Below are positions 35,001 through 47,374 of a DNA stretch of 56,051 nucleotides, in pieces. This DNA is from Macrostomum lignano (Eukaryota), in NCBI GenBank assembly GCA_002269645.1, contig NIVC01003525.1, forward strand, positions 1 through 56,051. The letters run 5' to 3'. The notes under the pieces were generated by a model. That model saw only the letters and a list, made by a program, of their open reading frames with translations, searched no databases and had not been told where the DNA came from. The number at the start of each line of letters is the position of its first letter. The stretch's first letter is position 1. The position numbers and the translations under genes are program-made.

Positions 35001-38000
35001 GCCATTCTGATGTCAGTTTTGGCGCCGATCTAGTGTCAGTTTCAGCGTCATTCTGATGTCAGTTTTAGCGCCGATCTATTGTCAGTTTCAGCGTCATTCT
35101 GATGTCAGTTTTAGCGCCGATCTATTGTCAGTTTCAGCGACATTCTAATGTCAGTTTTAGCGCCGATCTAGTGTCAGTTTCAGCGTCATTCTGATGTCAG
35201 TTTTGGCGCCAATCTGATGTCAGTTTTATTTTATTAGATTTGTTGTCATGTTTCTTAGCCACCTCTTCTCTGCAGTTCTCATTGCATGCCCTCAGTATAT
35301 GGTTGACTGTAGCACAGATCTCTTGAAATACATATTCTAGAATTCAGATTTTATTTTTTAACGATTGTTGTCTTGCGTGTCTTTTGCATATCAATATGCC
35401 ACTATATTATATTATATATTGCAATCTGTAGTTCTGTAGTCATTTAATATCTATGCACTATTATGTAGCACTTTTAGCACTATACTGCGCTGCAGCCTCC
35501 CCTACATACGGTAACGGTTGTTGGATCCAAATTGATCTATTTTTTAAAATCAATACTTCAGTCAGCTTTTTGCTTGCTAGAATCCGAGTCAGTCAGCTCT
35601 TAATGATGAAGCGACAACAGAAACGATCAGTGCAGCCTCGGCAGGAGGAGTCGCTAGTGATGAAGAAGAAATCTCGGCCCAGCCTGCTGAGCTGCGACTC
35701 AGTGGAATTGGCATTAGATTCGGCTAGCAGTAACTTGATTGCCGCATCTGCTCAGCCTTGCATTCGTCAGATAGTACTGTCGGATCGTCTCCATGGTAGT
35801 AGTATAATCTGTTCTAGTAAACCTGCATGCGTTCTGTTTGGTGATCTCTTCTGTTCAATAGTCTTCAGTTCTGTTTCAACTGACATTTTAAAAAAAATTA
35901 TGTTTATTTTTTAAGCGCGATTTTGTGCACATTTTTCGTTGCAACTTTTATTTTACAATTTTAGAATCGCTACATACTACTGGTTGTAAGTAGACGCAAA
36001 AGCATTTTTAACGCGTTTTTATTTTCACAGTTTTTAAACCCATTTTTCGTTTCTTTTAAAATTAAAATTAGCAAATCTTATGCTACTTTCTGTAAGTAGT
36101 AGTATGCAAGTATTTTATGTTTTTTCAGTTGAAAAAAGTTACCAGTGACAAGAATTTATAAAGAGTCTAGTGCAAGCAAATACAAACAAGTAGACTGGTA
36201 CAGCTCTACGGCCCCAGAGCCGCAGACAATAAAAACGTCTAAAATCGACTCTTTGGCGTTTTAGAGTCGGACCGGAGTCACTTGTTGTCTATTTTATCTG
36301 AAAAAATTAATTAGTTTTAATTTTCACAATCCATGCAGTTCGGCTGAAGGGAAGCTCGGAGAGTCGCTACCCGCCGATCGCCAAGGGCAACAGCGACCGG
36401 CCCCGTGAGCGAGTCAAGTGCGGCCTGGGCGTCAACCTGGGCGTCCTGTCCACCGAGGAACTCGTCGCCTCCGAGACCTTCGTCCACTTCAAAGAGTTGG
36501 TTGATCAAGCTCTGGACGCGGTGGAAGATGTCGATATCAAAGTGCTGGACGACTCTGACGAACTGCCAGGCGAGTTGAAGATTCCGTCCAGACTGCTGTC
36601 TGACCTGTGCGCCAAGGCCAACCAGATGAAAGCTGTGGGGGCCATGAAGGAGATGCCGGTTCATCGGCTGGTCCGACTGCTCAGCCTGCTCTTGGCTAAT
36701 ATCAAGGATGGGGCCAAGCTCGTGCCCTTCGCCAAGCCTGTGAGTCTTTGTGGCGTCTGTTTGGCTCTTTGTAGCTGCTGTCACTGTCTCTTTGTCTTTG
36801 TATCTGGTGCCTGTGTGTCTTTGTATCTGGGGCCTGTGTGTCTTTGTATCTGGTGCCTGTGTGTCTGTGTATCTGGTGCCTGTGTGTCTTTGTATCTGGG
36901 GCCTGTGTGTCTTTGTATCTGGTGTCTGTGTGTCTTTGTATCTGGTGCCTGTGTGTCTTTGTATCTGGTGTCTGTGTGTCTTTGTATCTGGTGCCTGTGT
37001 GTCTTTGTATCTGGTGTCTGTGTGTCGTTGTATCTGGTGTCTGTGTGTCTTTGTATCTGGTGTCTGTGTGTCTTTGTATCTGGTGTCTGTGTGTCTTTGT
37101 ATCTGGTGTCTGTGTGTCTTTGTATCTGGTGTCTGTGTCTTTGTATCTGGTGTCTGATTCTTTGTATCTGGTGCCTGTGTGTCTTTGGATCTGGTGTCTG
37201 TGTGTCTTTGTATCTGGTGTCTGTGTATCTTTGTATCTGGTGTCTGTGTCTTTGTATCTGGTGTCTGTGTGTCTTTGTATCTGGTGTCTGTGTGTCTTTG
37301 TATCTGGTGTCTGTGTATCTTTGTATCTGGTGTCTGTGTCTTTGTATCTGGTGCCTGTGTGTCTTTGTATCTGGTGTCTGTGTGTCTTTGTATCTGGTGT
37401 CTGTGTATCTTTGTATCTGGTGTCTGTGTGTCTTTGTATCTGGTGTCTGTGTGTCTTTGTATCTGGTGTCTGTGTGTCTTTGTATCTGGTGTCTGTGTGT
37501 CTTTGTGTCTTGTGCCTTTGTGTCTTTGTATCTTTTATTTGTTTTTATCTGTTTCGCCCTGTATATTCAGCTATTTTAAACGGCAACCCACCTGTACTGT
37601 AACTACAGGCTGAAGACGCCGAAGACACAGAGGGCCGCCTTTGGCGCGAGCTGTGCATGGAGCGGGTGATGCGCTCAGTTGAGTCCTCCCTCACCGCCCT
37701 GATCATCATGACGTCACCAGGCATGCCCAAGCAGGTCTTTGTTGAAGACGTGATCGAGCGAGCCGTGGCGGTGGCCAAGTTCCAGCTGAACAGCACCGTG
37801 TACCCGGAGGCCGACCCCGCCTACCGCAAGACCAGCCAGCACAAGGCCACTCAGCAGAGCATCCGCAGCCAGCGGGCCAAGGAGCGCGGCCACGGTGCCC
37901 TGGCTGCCGGCAGCGGCGGCGGCCGGCCCCGGGCCCTGACTCACCTGTTGAACCGCCTGGTGGAGCTGGTGGACAGCTTCGCCCAGCTGGTGGACCTGCA

Positions 38001-41000
38001 GAGACTCACTGACAATGCCATCTTGGCCATGTCTGGCCTGGCGGTGGCTCCGTTCTTTGTTGAGAACGTTGAGAATCTGCAGCTCAGCGCCCTGCGGCTC
38101 TGCACCAGCGTCTTCTGCCAGTACGAGAAGCACCGGCAGCTGATTCTGGAGGACCTGTTCGCCTCCTTGGCTCGCCTGCCTAGCAGTAAGAGAAGCTTGA
38201 GAAGCTTTCGACTCAACTCTGAGGAGAGCATCCAGATGCTCACGGCGCTGTCCCTGCTGCTGGTGCAGTCTGTAGTCCTGCTGCCAGCCAGTGTGCCGTC
38301 AAGTAAGGATCAAGACAACACTGCGGCAATGGCCCTGCTGGATGCGTACGAATCTGCTAAGAAAACTGCTCAGGTGAGCTGTGTGCGGCTCTGATTCTTT
38401 TAGATAATGCCAGATTTTATCTGGAAGTAACTTCTGGATTTGTCTGTCTGAGTACAGATAATTTAGTGTCTGTAGCTTGATAATTACAGCTAATTAATTG
38501 TCTGTAGCTTGATAATTACAGCCAATTAAGTGTCTGTAGCTTGATAATTACAGCCAATTAAAGTGTCTGTAGCTTGATAATTACAGCCAATTAAGTGTCT
38601 GTAGCTTGATAATTACAGCCAAGTATCTGTAGCTTGATAATTACAGCCAATTAAGTTTCTGTAGCTTGATAATTACAGCCAATTAAGTGTCTGTAGCTTG
38701 ATAATTGCAGCCAATTAAGTGTCTGTAGGTTGGTAATTACAGCCAATTAAGTGTCTGTAGCTTGATAATTACAGCCAATTAAGTGTCTGTAGGTTAATAA
38801 TTACAGCCAATTAAGTGTCTGTAGGTTGATAATTACAGCCAATTAAGTGTCTTTAGCTTGATAAATACAGCCAATTAAGTGTCTATAGCTTGATAAATAC
38901 AGCCAATTAAGTGTCTATAGGTTGATAATTACAGCCAATTAAGTGTCTGTAGCTTGGTAATTACAGCCAATTAAGTGTCTATAGCTTGATAAATACAGCC
39001 AATTAAGTGTCTATAGGTTGATAATTACAGCCAATTAAGTGTCTTTAGCTTGATAATTACAGCCAATTAAGTGTCTGTAGCTTGGTAATTACAGCCAAGT
39101 AAGTGTTTGTAGCTTGGTAATAACAGCCAATTAAGTGCCTGTAGCTTGATAATTACAGCCAATAAGTGTCTGTAGGTTGATAATTACAGCCAATTAAGAG
39201 TCTTTAGCTTGATAAATACAGCCAATAAGTGTCTGTAGGTTGATAATTACAGCCAATTAAGTGTCTGTAGGTTGATAATTACAGCCAATTAAGTGTCTGT
39301 AGCTTGATAAATACAGCCAATTAAGTGTCTGTAGCTTGGTAATTACAGCCAATTAAGTGTCTGTAGCTTGGTAATTACAGCCAATTAAGTGTCTATAGCT
39401 TGGCAATTACAGCCAATTAAGTGTATGCAGTTTGATAATTATAGCGAATTAAGTGTCTGTAGCTTGATAAATACAGCCAATTAAGTGTCTGTAGCTTGAT
39501 AATTACAGCCAATTAAGTGTCTGTAGCTTGGTAATTACAGCCAATTAAGTGTATGCAGTTTGATAATTACAGCCAATTAAGTGTCTGTAGCTTGATAATT
39601 ACAGCCAATTAAGTGTCTGTAGCGTGGTAATTACAGCCAATTAAGTGTCTGTAGGTTAATAATTACAGCCAATTAAGTGTCTGTAGCTTGATAATTACAG
39701 CCAAGTAAGTGTCTGTAGCTTGGTAATTACAGCCAATTAAGCGTCTGTAGCTTAATATTTACAGCCAATTAAGTGTCTATAGCTTGATAAATACAGCCAA
39801 TTAAGTGTCTGTAGCTTGATAATTACAGCCAATTAAGTGTCTGTAGCTTGATAATTACAGCTAATTAAGTGTCTGTAGCTTGGTAATTACTGAAAATTAC
39901 AGATCCTCATTACTAAATCTTCCTACCAATTCCCCTTTTCCAGGTATTCCTCGTCGTATTCCTGAACAAGTGCGCCAAGAAGGCGGAGGAGCAGGACTAC
40001 CGGGGCATATTCGAGAAGTTCGTAGAGGACCTGCTGCTAGCGGTGAACAAGCCGGAATGGCCGGCTGCCGAGATGTTCCTCAGCTTGCTTGGCGGCCTGC
40101 TGGTGAAGCAGTTCGCCGATCGCAGCGTTGACCAGGCGCTCCGTGTGGCCTCGCTGGACTACCTGGGCACCGTGGCATCCCGACTGCGCAAGGACGCCGT
40201 GACCAGCGAGATGAGCGAGCAGGATCTGGACAGTCTGGTGGCGGAGATCCGCGGTCACTCGCGCGGCCTCGAAGCCTCCGGTGCTGGCGCCAGTTCCGCG
40301 ACCGCCGCACCCGACGAAGCCCCAATCACCAAGGAGGAGCGAATCGTTATCCTGCAGAAAGCCATCGTCGACTACCTCAACGCTGAAGATGTGGACGCCT
40401 CGGTGCACTACGCTGTCCGCTTCTACCTGGCCCAGTGGTACAAAGACTGCGCCAAGGAGGTCGAGCGAACTTTGCAGCAGCAACGCGACGCTGCCAATAA
40501 CGATGAATCGGCGGTGGCGCACGAGTCGCTGGACGTGCTGGAGTCCCGACGCACCGCTCTGCTGGTGCGAAGCTGCGAGTTCGGCGCCGCTGACAGTCAG
40601 CAGCTGGCCTCCAAGAGGCGGCTGATGAGCACCGGCAGGAGCGATGCCTACATGCTGGACTATGAGGAGGCCTGCCTGGTGTGCCGCTACCTGGCTTCTA
40701 TGCGGCCATTCTCGCAGAGCTTCGACATCTACCTGTCGCAGATACTGAAGGTGCTCAATGAGCAGTCAGTTGCCGTGCGCACTAAGGCCATCAAGTGCCT
40801 GACAGCCGTTGTCGAGGTGGACCCGTCGGTGCTGGAGCGGGCAGACATCGAGCGGACAGTTCACGGTAGACTGTTGGACAACTCCACCTCTGTTAGGGAG
40901 GCCTGTATTGAGCTGATTGGCAAGTTCATCATTGTGAGGCCGCAGTTGACTGCTCAGTACTACGGGATGCTGTCTGAGCGGATTCTGGACACCGGCATCA

Positions 41001-44000
41001 GCGTGCGCAAGCGGGTGATTAAAATATTTCGCGACATCTGCGTTGAGCAGCCGGATTTCAATAAAATTCCGGAGATGTGCGTCAAAATGATTCGACGTGT
41101 CAACGATGAAGAGGGCATTCGGAAGCTGGTTAATGAGGTCTTCCAGGCCATGTGGTTCTCGCCTGTAAAGGAGTCGCACAATGTCAAGCTGCTGCAGAAG
41201 GTTATGAACATCACGGACGTGGTGGCCGCTTGCAAGGACCAAGTGAGGCTTGCGGAGACCGGGTTTTGGGCAGGAGGGTAGATTTGAGGGTGGGAGGGTT
41301 GATTGAAGGGTGAGAGGATACATTTAAAGGTAGATTGAAGGGTGAGCGACTAGATTGAATGGTGAGAGGCTAGATTGAAGGGTGAGAGGGTAGATTTTAG
41401 GGTGAGAGGCTAGATTGAAGGGTGAGGGGGTAGATTGAAGGTTGAGAGGGTAGATTGAAGGGTGAGAGGGTAGATCGAAGGTTGAGAGGCTAGATTGAAG
41501 GGTGAGAGGCTAGATTGAAGGGTGAGAGGGTAGATTTTAGGGTGAGAGGCTAGATTGAAGGGTGAGGGGGTAGATTGAAGGTTGAGAGGGTAGATTGAAG
41601 GGTGAGAGGGTAGATCGAAGGTTGAGAGGCTAGATTGAAGGGTGAGAGGCTAGATTGAAGGGTGAGAGGCTAGATTGAAGGGTGAGAGGCTAGATCGAAG
41701 GTTGAGAGGCTAGATTGAAGGGTGAGAGGGTAGATTGAAGGGTGAGAGGTTAAAAGAAGGTTGAGAGGGTAGATTGAAGAGTGAGAGGGTAGATCGAAGG
41801 TTGAGAGGCTAGATTGAAGGGTGAGAGGGTAGATTGAAGGTTGAGAGGCTAGATTGAAGGGTGAGAGGCTAGATTGAAGGGTGAGAGGTAGATTGAAGGG
41901 TGAGAGGGTAGATTGAAGGGTGAGAGAGTAGATTGAAGGGTGAGAGGCTAGATTGAAGGTTGAGAGGCTAGATTGAAGGGTGAGAGGCTAGATTGAAGGG
42001 TGAGAGGCTAGATTGAAGAGTGAGAGGGTAGATTGAAGGGTGAGAGGGTAGATTGAAGGGTGAGAGGCTAGATTGAAGAGTGAGAGGCTAGATTGAAGGG
42101 TGAGAGGCTAGATTGAAGGGTGAGAGGGTAGATTGAAGGGTGAGAGGCTAGATTGAAGAGTGAGAGGCTAGATTGAAGGGTGAGAGGCTAGATTGAAGGG
42201 TGAGAGGGTAGATTGAAGGGTGAGAGAGTAGATTGAAGGGTGAGAGGCTAGATTGAAGGTTGAGAGGCTAGATTGAAGGGTGAGAGGCTAGATTGAAGGT
42301 TGAGAGGCTAGATTGAAGGGTGAGAAGCTAGATTAAAGAGTGAGAGGGTAGATTGAAGGGTGAGAGGCTAGATTGAAGGGTGAGAGGGTAGATTGAAGGT
42401 TGAGAGGCTAGATTGAAGGGTGAGAGGCTAGATTGAAGGGTGAGAGGCTAGATTGAAGAGTGAGAGGGTAGATTGAAGGGTGAGAGGCTAGATTGAAGGG
42501 TGAGAGGCTAGATTGAAGGGTGAGAGGCTAGATTGAAGGGTGAGAGGCTAGATTGAAGGGTGAGAGGTAAGCTACAACAAAGCTCCAAAACTAATACCGC
42601 TGAGTCGATAATCAGCCATTTTCATCAGCAATAAACTTGCTCACCAATAATTCAGGGATACGACTGGTTCGAGGGCCTTCTGCGCAGCCTGCTCAAAGAG
42701 GAGAAGGAAGAGAAACTCCGGCCGGTTGAGAAGGCCTGCCGCCAGATAGTGGACACGCTGGTAGCCAACATCATGCGCCTGGAGGAGATCTCCAGCAACA
42801 ACAACCAGCGCCTGGTGGCCTGCCTGTGCACCCTGTACATGCTGACCAAGATCCGGCCGAATCTCATGGTGGACCACGCCAGCACTCTGCAGTCGTATTT
42901 GAAAATCAAAATCAGCAGCCAGCAGGATAACTATGTGCTGCATTATGTGGCTAAGATTCTGGAGCTCACCGTGCCGCTGATGGAGCACCCAGATGAGGAG
43001 GAGCTGCGCTCGATCGAGCAGGAGATGGTGCAGCTGACCATGCGCAAGGGCATGATGGTGCTAGACAGCGCGATCGCCTGTCTGAGCGCAGTGGTGAACC
43101 GGGTCACGCACAACTACTCGCTGATCCGGTCCTGCTTCAACCTGTTCTACACGCCCATCGACCGGCAGCAGCAGGAGAACATGGCCACTGGCGCCGAGCT
43201 CATCGATCCCCGGCAGAAGCCGTCAATCCTGCGCGGCCTGTACACCGTCGGACTGCTGTTGAAGTACTTCGACTTGGAGAGCATCACCACCTACGAGACT
43301 GGAGCTATCATGCAGCGCGTGTTCAGCTCGTTCATGTTCTTCTGCTCCCAGTGCGCCGACCCAGATGTGGTGAAGAAGTCCCTGATGGGCCTTGGCTTCA
43401 TGTGCGCCAGGCACTCGCACCTGCTGCTTCAGGACCCGCTGAAGACCTACTACTGCGAGCTTATCGCCGGTCCCATGGTGTCCGACGAGACCAAAACCCT
43501 GGTGCTGAAGAACCTCACCAGCTTCCTGCTTGAGGAGGAAGCCAGCATGGTGCAGTCCGACTCCACCTGGAAGGAGCATGTGCAGCAGGAGTCGCTGAAG
43601 GAGATGCACGATGTGCAGAGCGGCAAGGCCAGCATGGTGGCTCAGGCTTATCTAGATCACGTGAGTCCCCGGTTGAGTAGGGTCTGCACTCTTTCTCCTC
43701 GGGATAATGGCCCCTCACAACTCTGCAAAATCACCTGGATTTCCCCTCCATAAAAAGTCGACTCGACTGACTCAAAACTGCATAAAAAATCCCAAACCCC
43801 CATCGAAAATCGCCCCCAAGACCCCATCAAAAATCGCCCTCAAACCCCATCAGAAATCGCCCTCAAAACCCATCAAAAATCGCCCTCAAACCCTATCGAA
43901 AATCGGGTTTTCGATAACCCTATCGAAAATCGCCTTCAAACCCTATCAAAAATCGCCCTAGAACCCCATCAAAAATCGCCCTCAAACCCCACCAAAAATC

Positions 44001-46016
44001 GCCCTCAAACCCCATCAAAAATCGCCCTCAAACCCTATCGAAAATCGCCTTCAAACCCTATCAAAAATCGCCCTCAAACCCCATCAAAAACCGCCTTCAA
44101 ACCCTATAAAAAACCGCCTTCCAACCCTATCAAAAATCGCTCTCAAACCCCATCAAAAATCGCCCTCAAACCCCATAAAAAATCGCCTTCAAACCCTATA
44201 AAAACCGCCTTCAAACCCTATCAAAAATCGCTCTCAAACCCCATCAAAAATCGCCCTCAAACCCCATAAAAAATCGCCTTCAAACCCTATAAAAAACCGC
44301 CTTCAAACCCCATCAAAAATCGCCCTCAAACCCCATAAAAAATCGCCTTCAAACCCTATAAAAAACCGCCTTCAAACCCTATCAAAAATCGCCCTCAAAC
44401 CCCATCAAAAATCGCCTTCAAACCCTATAAAAAACCGCCTTCAAACCCTATCAAAAATCGCTCTCAAACCCCATCAAAAATCGCCTTCAAACCCTATCAA
44501 AAATCGCCTTCAAACCCCATCAAAAATCGCCCTCAAACCCCATCAAAAATCGGCTTCAAACCCTATAAAAAACCGCCTTCCAACCCTATCAAAAATCGCT
44601 CTCAAACCCCATCAAAAATCGCCCTCAAACCCCATAAAAAATCGCCTTCAAACCCTATAAAAACCGCCTTCAAACCCTATCAAAAATCGCTCTCAAACCC
44701 CATCAAAAATCGCCCTCAAACCCCATAAAAAATCGCCTTCAAACCCTATAAAAAACCGCCTTCAAACCCCATCAAAAATCGCCCTCAAACCCCATAAAAA
44801 ATCGCCTTCAAACCCTATAAAAAACCGCCTTCAAACCCTATCAAAAATCGCCCTCAAACCCCATCAAAAATCGCCTTCAAACCCTATAAAAAACCGCCTT
44901 CAAACCCTATCAAAAATCGCTCTCAAACCCCATCAAAAATCGCCTTCAAACCCTATCAAAAATCGCCTTCAAACCCTATCAAAAATCGCTCTCAAACCCC
45001 ACCAAAAATCGCCTTCAAACCCTATATAAAACCGCCTTCAAACCCCATCAAAAATCGCCCTCAAACCCCATCAAAAATCGCCTTCAAACCCTATAAAAAA
45101 TCGCCTTCAAACCCTATAAAAAACCGCCTTCAAACCCTATAAAAAATCGCCTTCAAACCCTATAAAAAATCGCCTTCAAACCCTATAAAAATCGCCTTCA
45201 AACCCTATCAAAAACCGCCTTCAAACCCTAACAAAAATCGCTCTCAAACCCCATAAAAAACGCCTTCAAACCCTATCAAAAATCGCCCTCAAAACCACAT
45301 CGAGCATCGCCAACAAACCTCGAACTCGCCCAGGTGCTGGCCGCCTTCTACTACAAAGACGCGGGAGTCCGGCTGGCCGCGCTGACCATGGTGGTGACCA
45401 TCCTGCGGCAGGGCCTGATCCACCCGGTGAAAACGGTGGCGCACCTCATCAGCATGCAGTCGGACACCGATCCCGCTATTCGATCCAAAGCCGACGCGCA
45501 ACTGATGGAGATTGAGAAGCATTATCCCAGCTTCATCAACATGCGGGCCCTGTTCGGGGTGCGCCAGAGCTTCCAGCTGCAGCGGGTGCTTCGGCCCGGC
45601 CGCGTGGTGCGCGGAATCCGCGATCCAGACGCCGACCCGCCCGTGGCCATGAACCACCACCTGTACTCCATGCTGCGCACCAACCGCATGAACCGCCGGG
45701 TCCTGCTCACCAGCATGCTCAACCTGTTCGATGAGAACCCCAGCCAGGTGGGTCTAAGGTCACTGTTTTTGGCTGTCTGTCTGCCTGCCTGCCTGCCTGT
45801 CTGTGTGTGTGTCTGTCTGTCTGTCTGTCTCTGTCTGTCTGCCTGTCTATTTATCTGCCTGCCTGCCTGTCTGACTGTCCGTCTGTCTGTCTGACTGTCT
45901 GTCTGATGTCTGTCTGTCTGTCTGCCTGTCTATTTATCTGCCTGCCTGCCTGTCTGACTGTCTGTCTGTCTGACTGTCTGTCTGTCTGTCTCTGTCTGTC
46001 TGTCTGTCTGTCTGAC

Positions 46017-46099
<83 letters not shown>

Positions 46100-46102
46100 T
46101 AG

Positions 46103-46147
<45 letters not shown>

Positions 46148-46478
46148 GACTGACTGTCTGTCTTAGTGTCTGTATCTGTCTGTCTGTCTGCCTGCCTGTC
46201 TTAATGTCTGTCTTAGTGTCTGTCTCTGTCTGTCTGTCTGTCTGTCTGTCTGCCTGTCTATTTATCTGCCTGCCTGCCTGTCTGACTGTCTGTCTGTCTG
46301 ACTGTCTGTCTGTCTGACTGTCTGTCTTAGTGTCTGTCTCTGTCTGTCTGTCTGTCTGACTGACTGTCTGTCTTAGTGTCTGTCTGCCTGCCTGCCTGTC
46401 TGACTGTCTGTCTGTCTGACTGTCTGTCTTAGTGTCTGTCTCTGTCTGTCTGTCTGTCTGACTGACTGTCTGTCTTAG

Positions 46479-46511
<33 letters not shown>

Positions 46512-46863
46512 GACTGACTGTCTGTCTTAGTGTCTGTCTCTGTCTGTCTGTCTGCCTGCCTGTCTTAATGTCTGTCTTAGTGTCTGTCTGTCTGTCTGTC
46601 TGACTGACTTAGTGTCTGTCTGTCTGTCTGCCTGCCTGCCTGCCTGTCTGTGTGTGTGTCTGTCTGTCTGTCTGTCTCTGTCTGTCTGCCTGTCTATTTA
46701 TCTGCCTGCCTGCCTGTCTGACTGTCCGTCTGTCTGTCTGACTGTCTGTCTGATGTCTGTCTGTCTGTCTGCCTGTCTATTTATCTGCCTGCCTGCCTGT
46801 CTGACTGTCTGTCTGTCTGACTGTCTGTCTGTCTGTCTCTGTCTGTCTGTCTGTCTGTCTGAC

Positions 46864-46962
<99 letters not shown>

Positions 46963-46965
46963 TAG

Positions 46966-47010
<45 letters not shown>

Positions 47011-47341
47011 GACTGACTGTCTGTCTTAGTGTCTGTCTCTGTCTGTCTGTCTGCCTGCCTGTCTTAATGTCTGTCTTAGTGTCTGTCTCTGTCTGTCTGT
47101 CTGTCTGTCTGTCTGCCTGTCTATTTATCTGCCTGCCTGCCTGTCTGACTGTCTGTCTGTCTGACTGTCTGTCTGTATGACTGTCTGTCTTAGTGTCTGT
47201 CTCTGTCTGTCTGTCTGTCTGACTGACTGTCTGTCTTAGTGTCTGTCTGCCTGCCTGCCTGTCTGACTGTCTGTCTGTCTGACTGTCTGTCTTAGTGTCT
47301 GTCTCTGTCTGTCTGTCTGTCTGACTGACTGTCTGTCTTAG

Positions 47342-47374
<33 letters not shown>

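Noticed and set aside
35597-35701. Possible extra NIPBL exon (ALNDEATTETISAASAGGVASDEEEISAQPAELRL) in intron 2
   Set aside because: It is frame-compatible, but the donor (GTGGAA) and acceptor are weak, there is no recognisable homology, and direct splicing 34820-36339 is already in frame.
36740-37613. Cys/Val/Leu-rich ORFs in intron 3, and similar ORFs at 45748-48320 and 49073-49617
   Set aside because: Translations of intronic mini- and microsatellites beyond clear GT donors.
43790-45295. Telomere-like AAACCCTA within the intron 6 unit
   Set aside because: It is not a (TTAGGG)n or (TTTAGGG)n run; the motif is embedded in a 22-bp unit.
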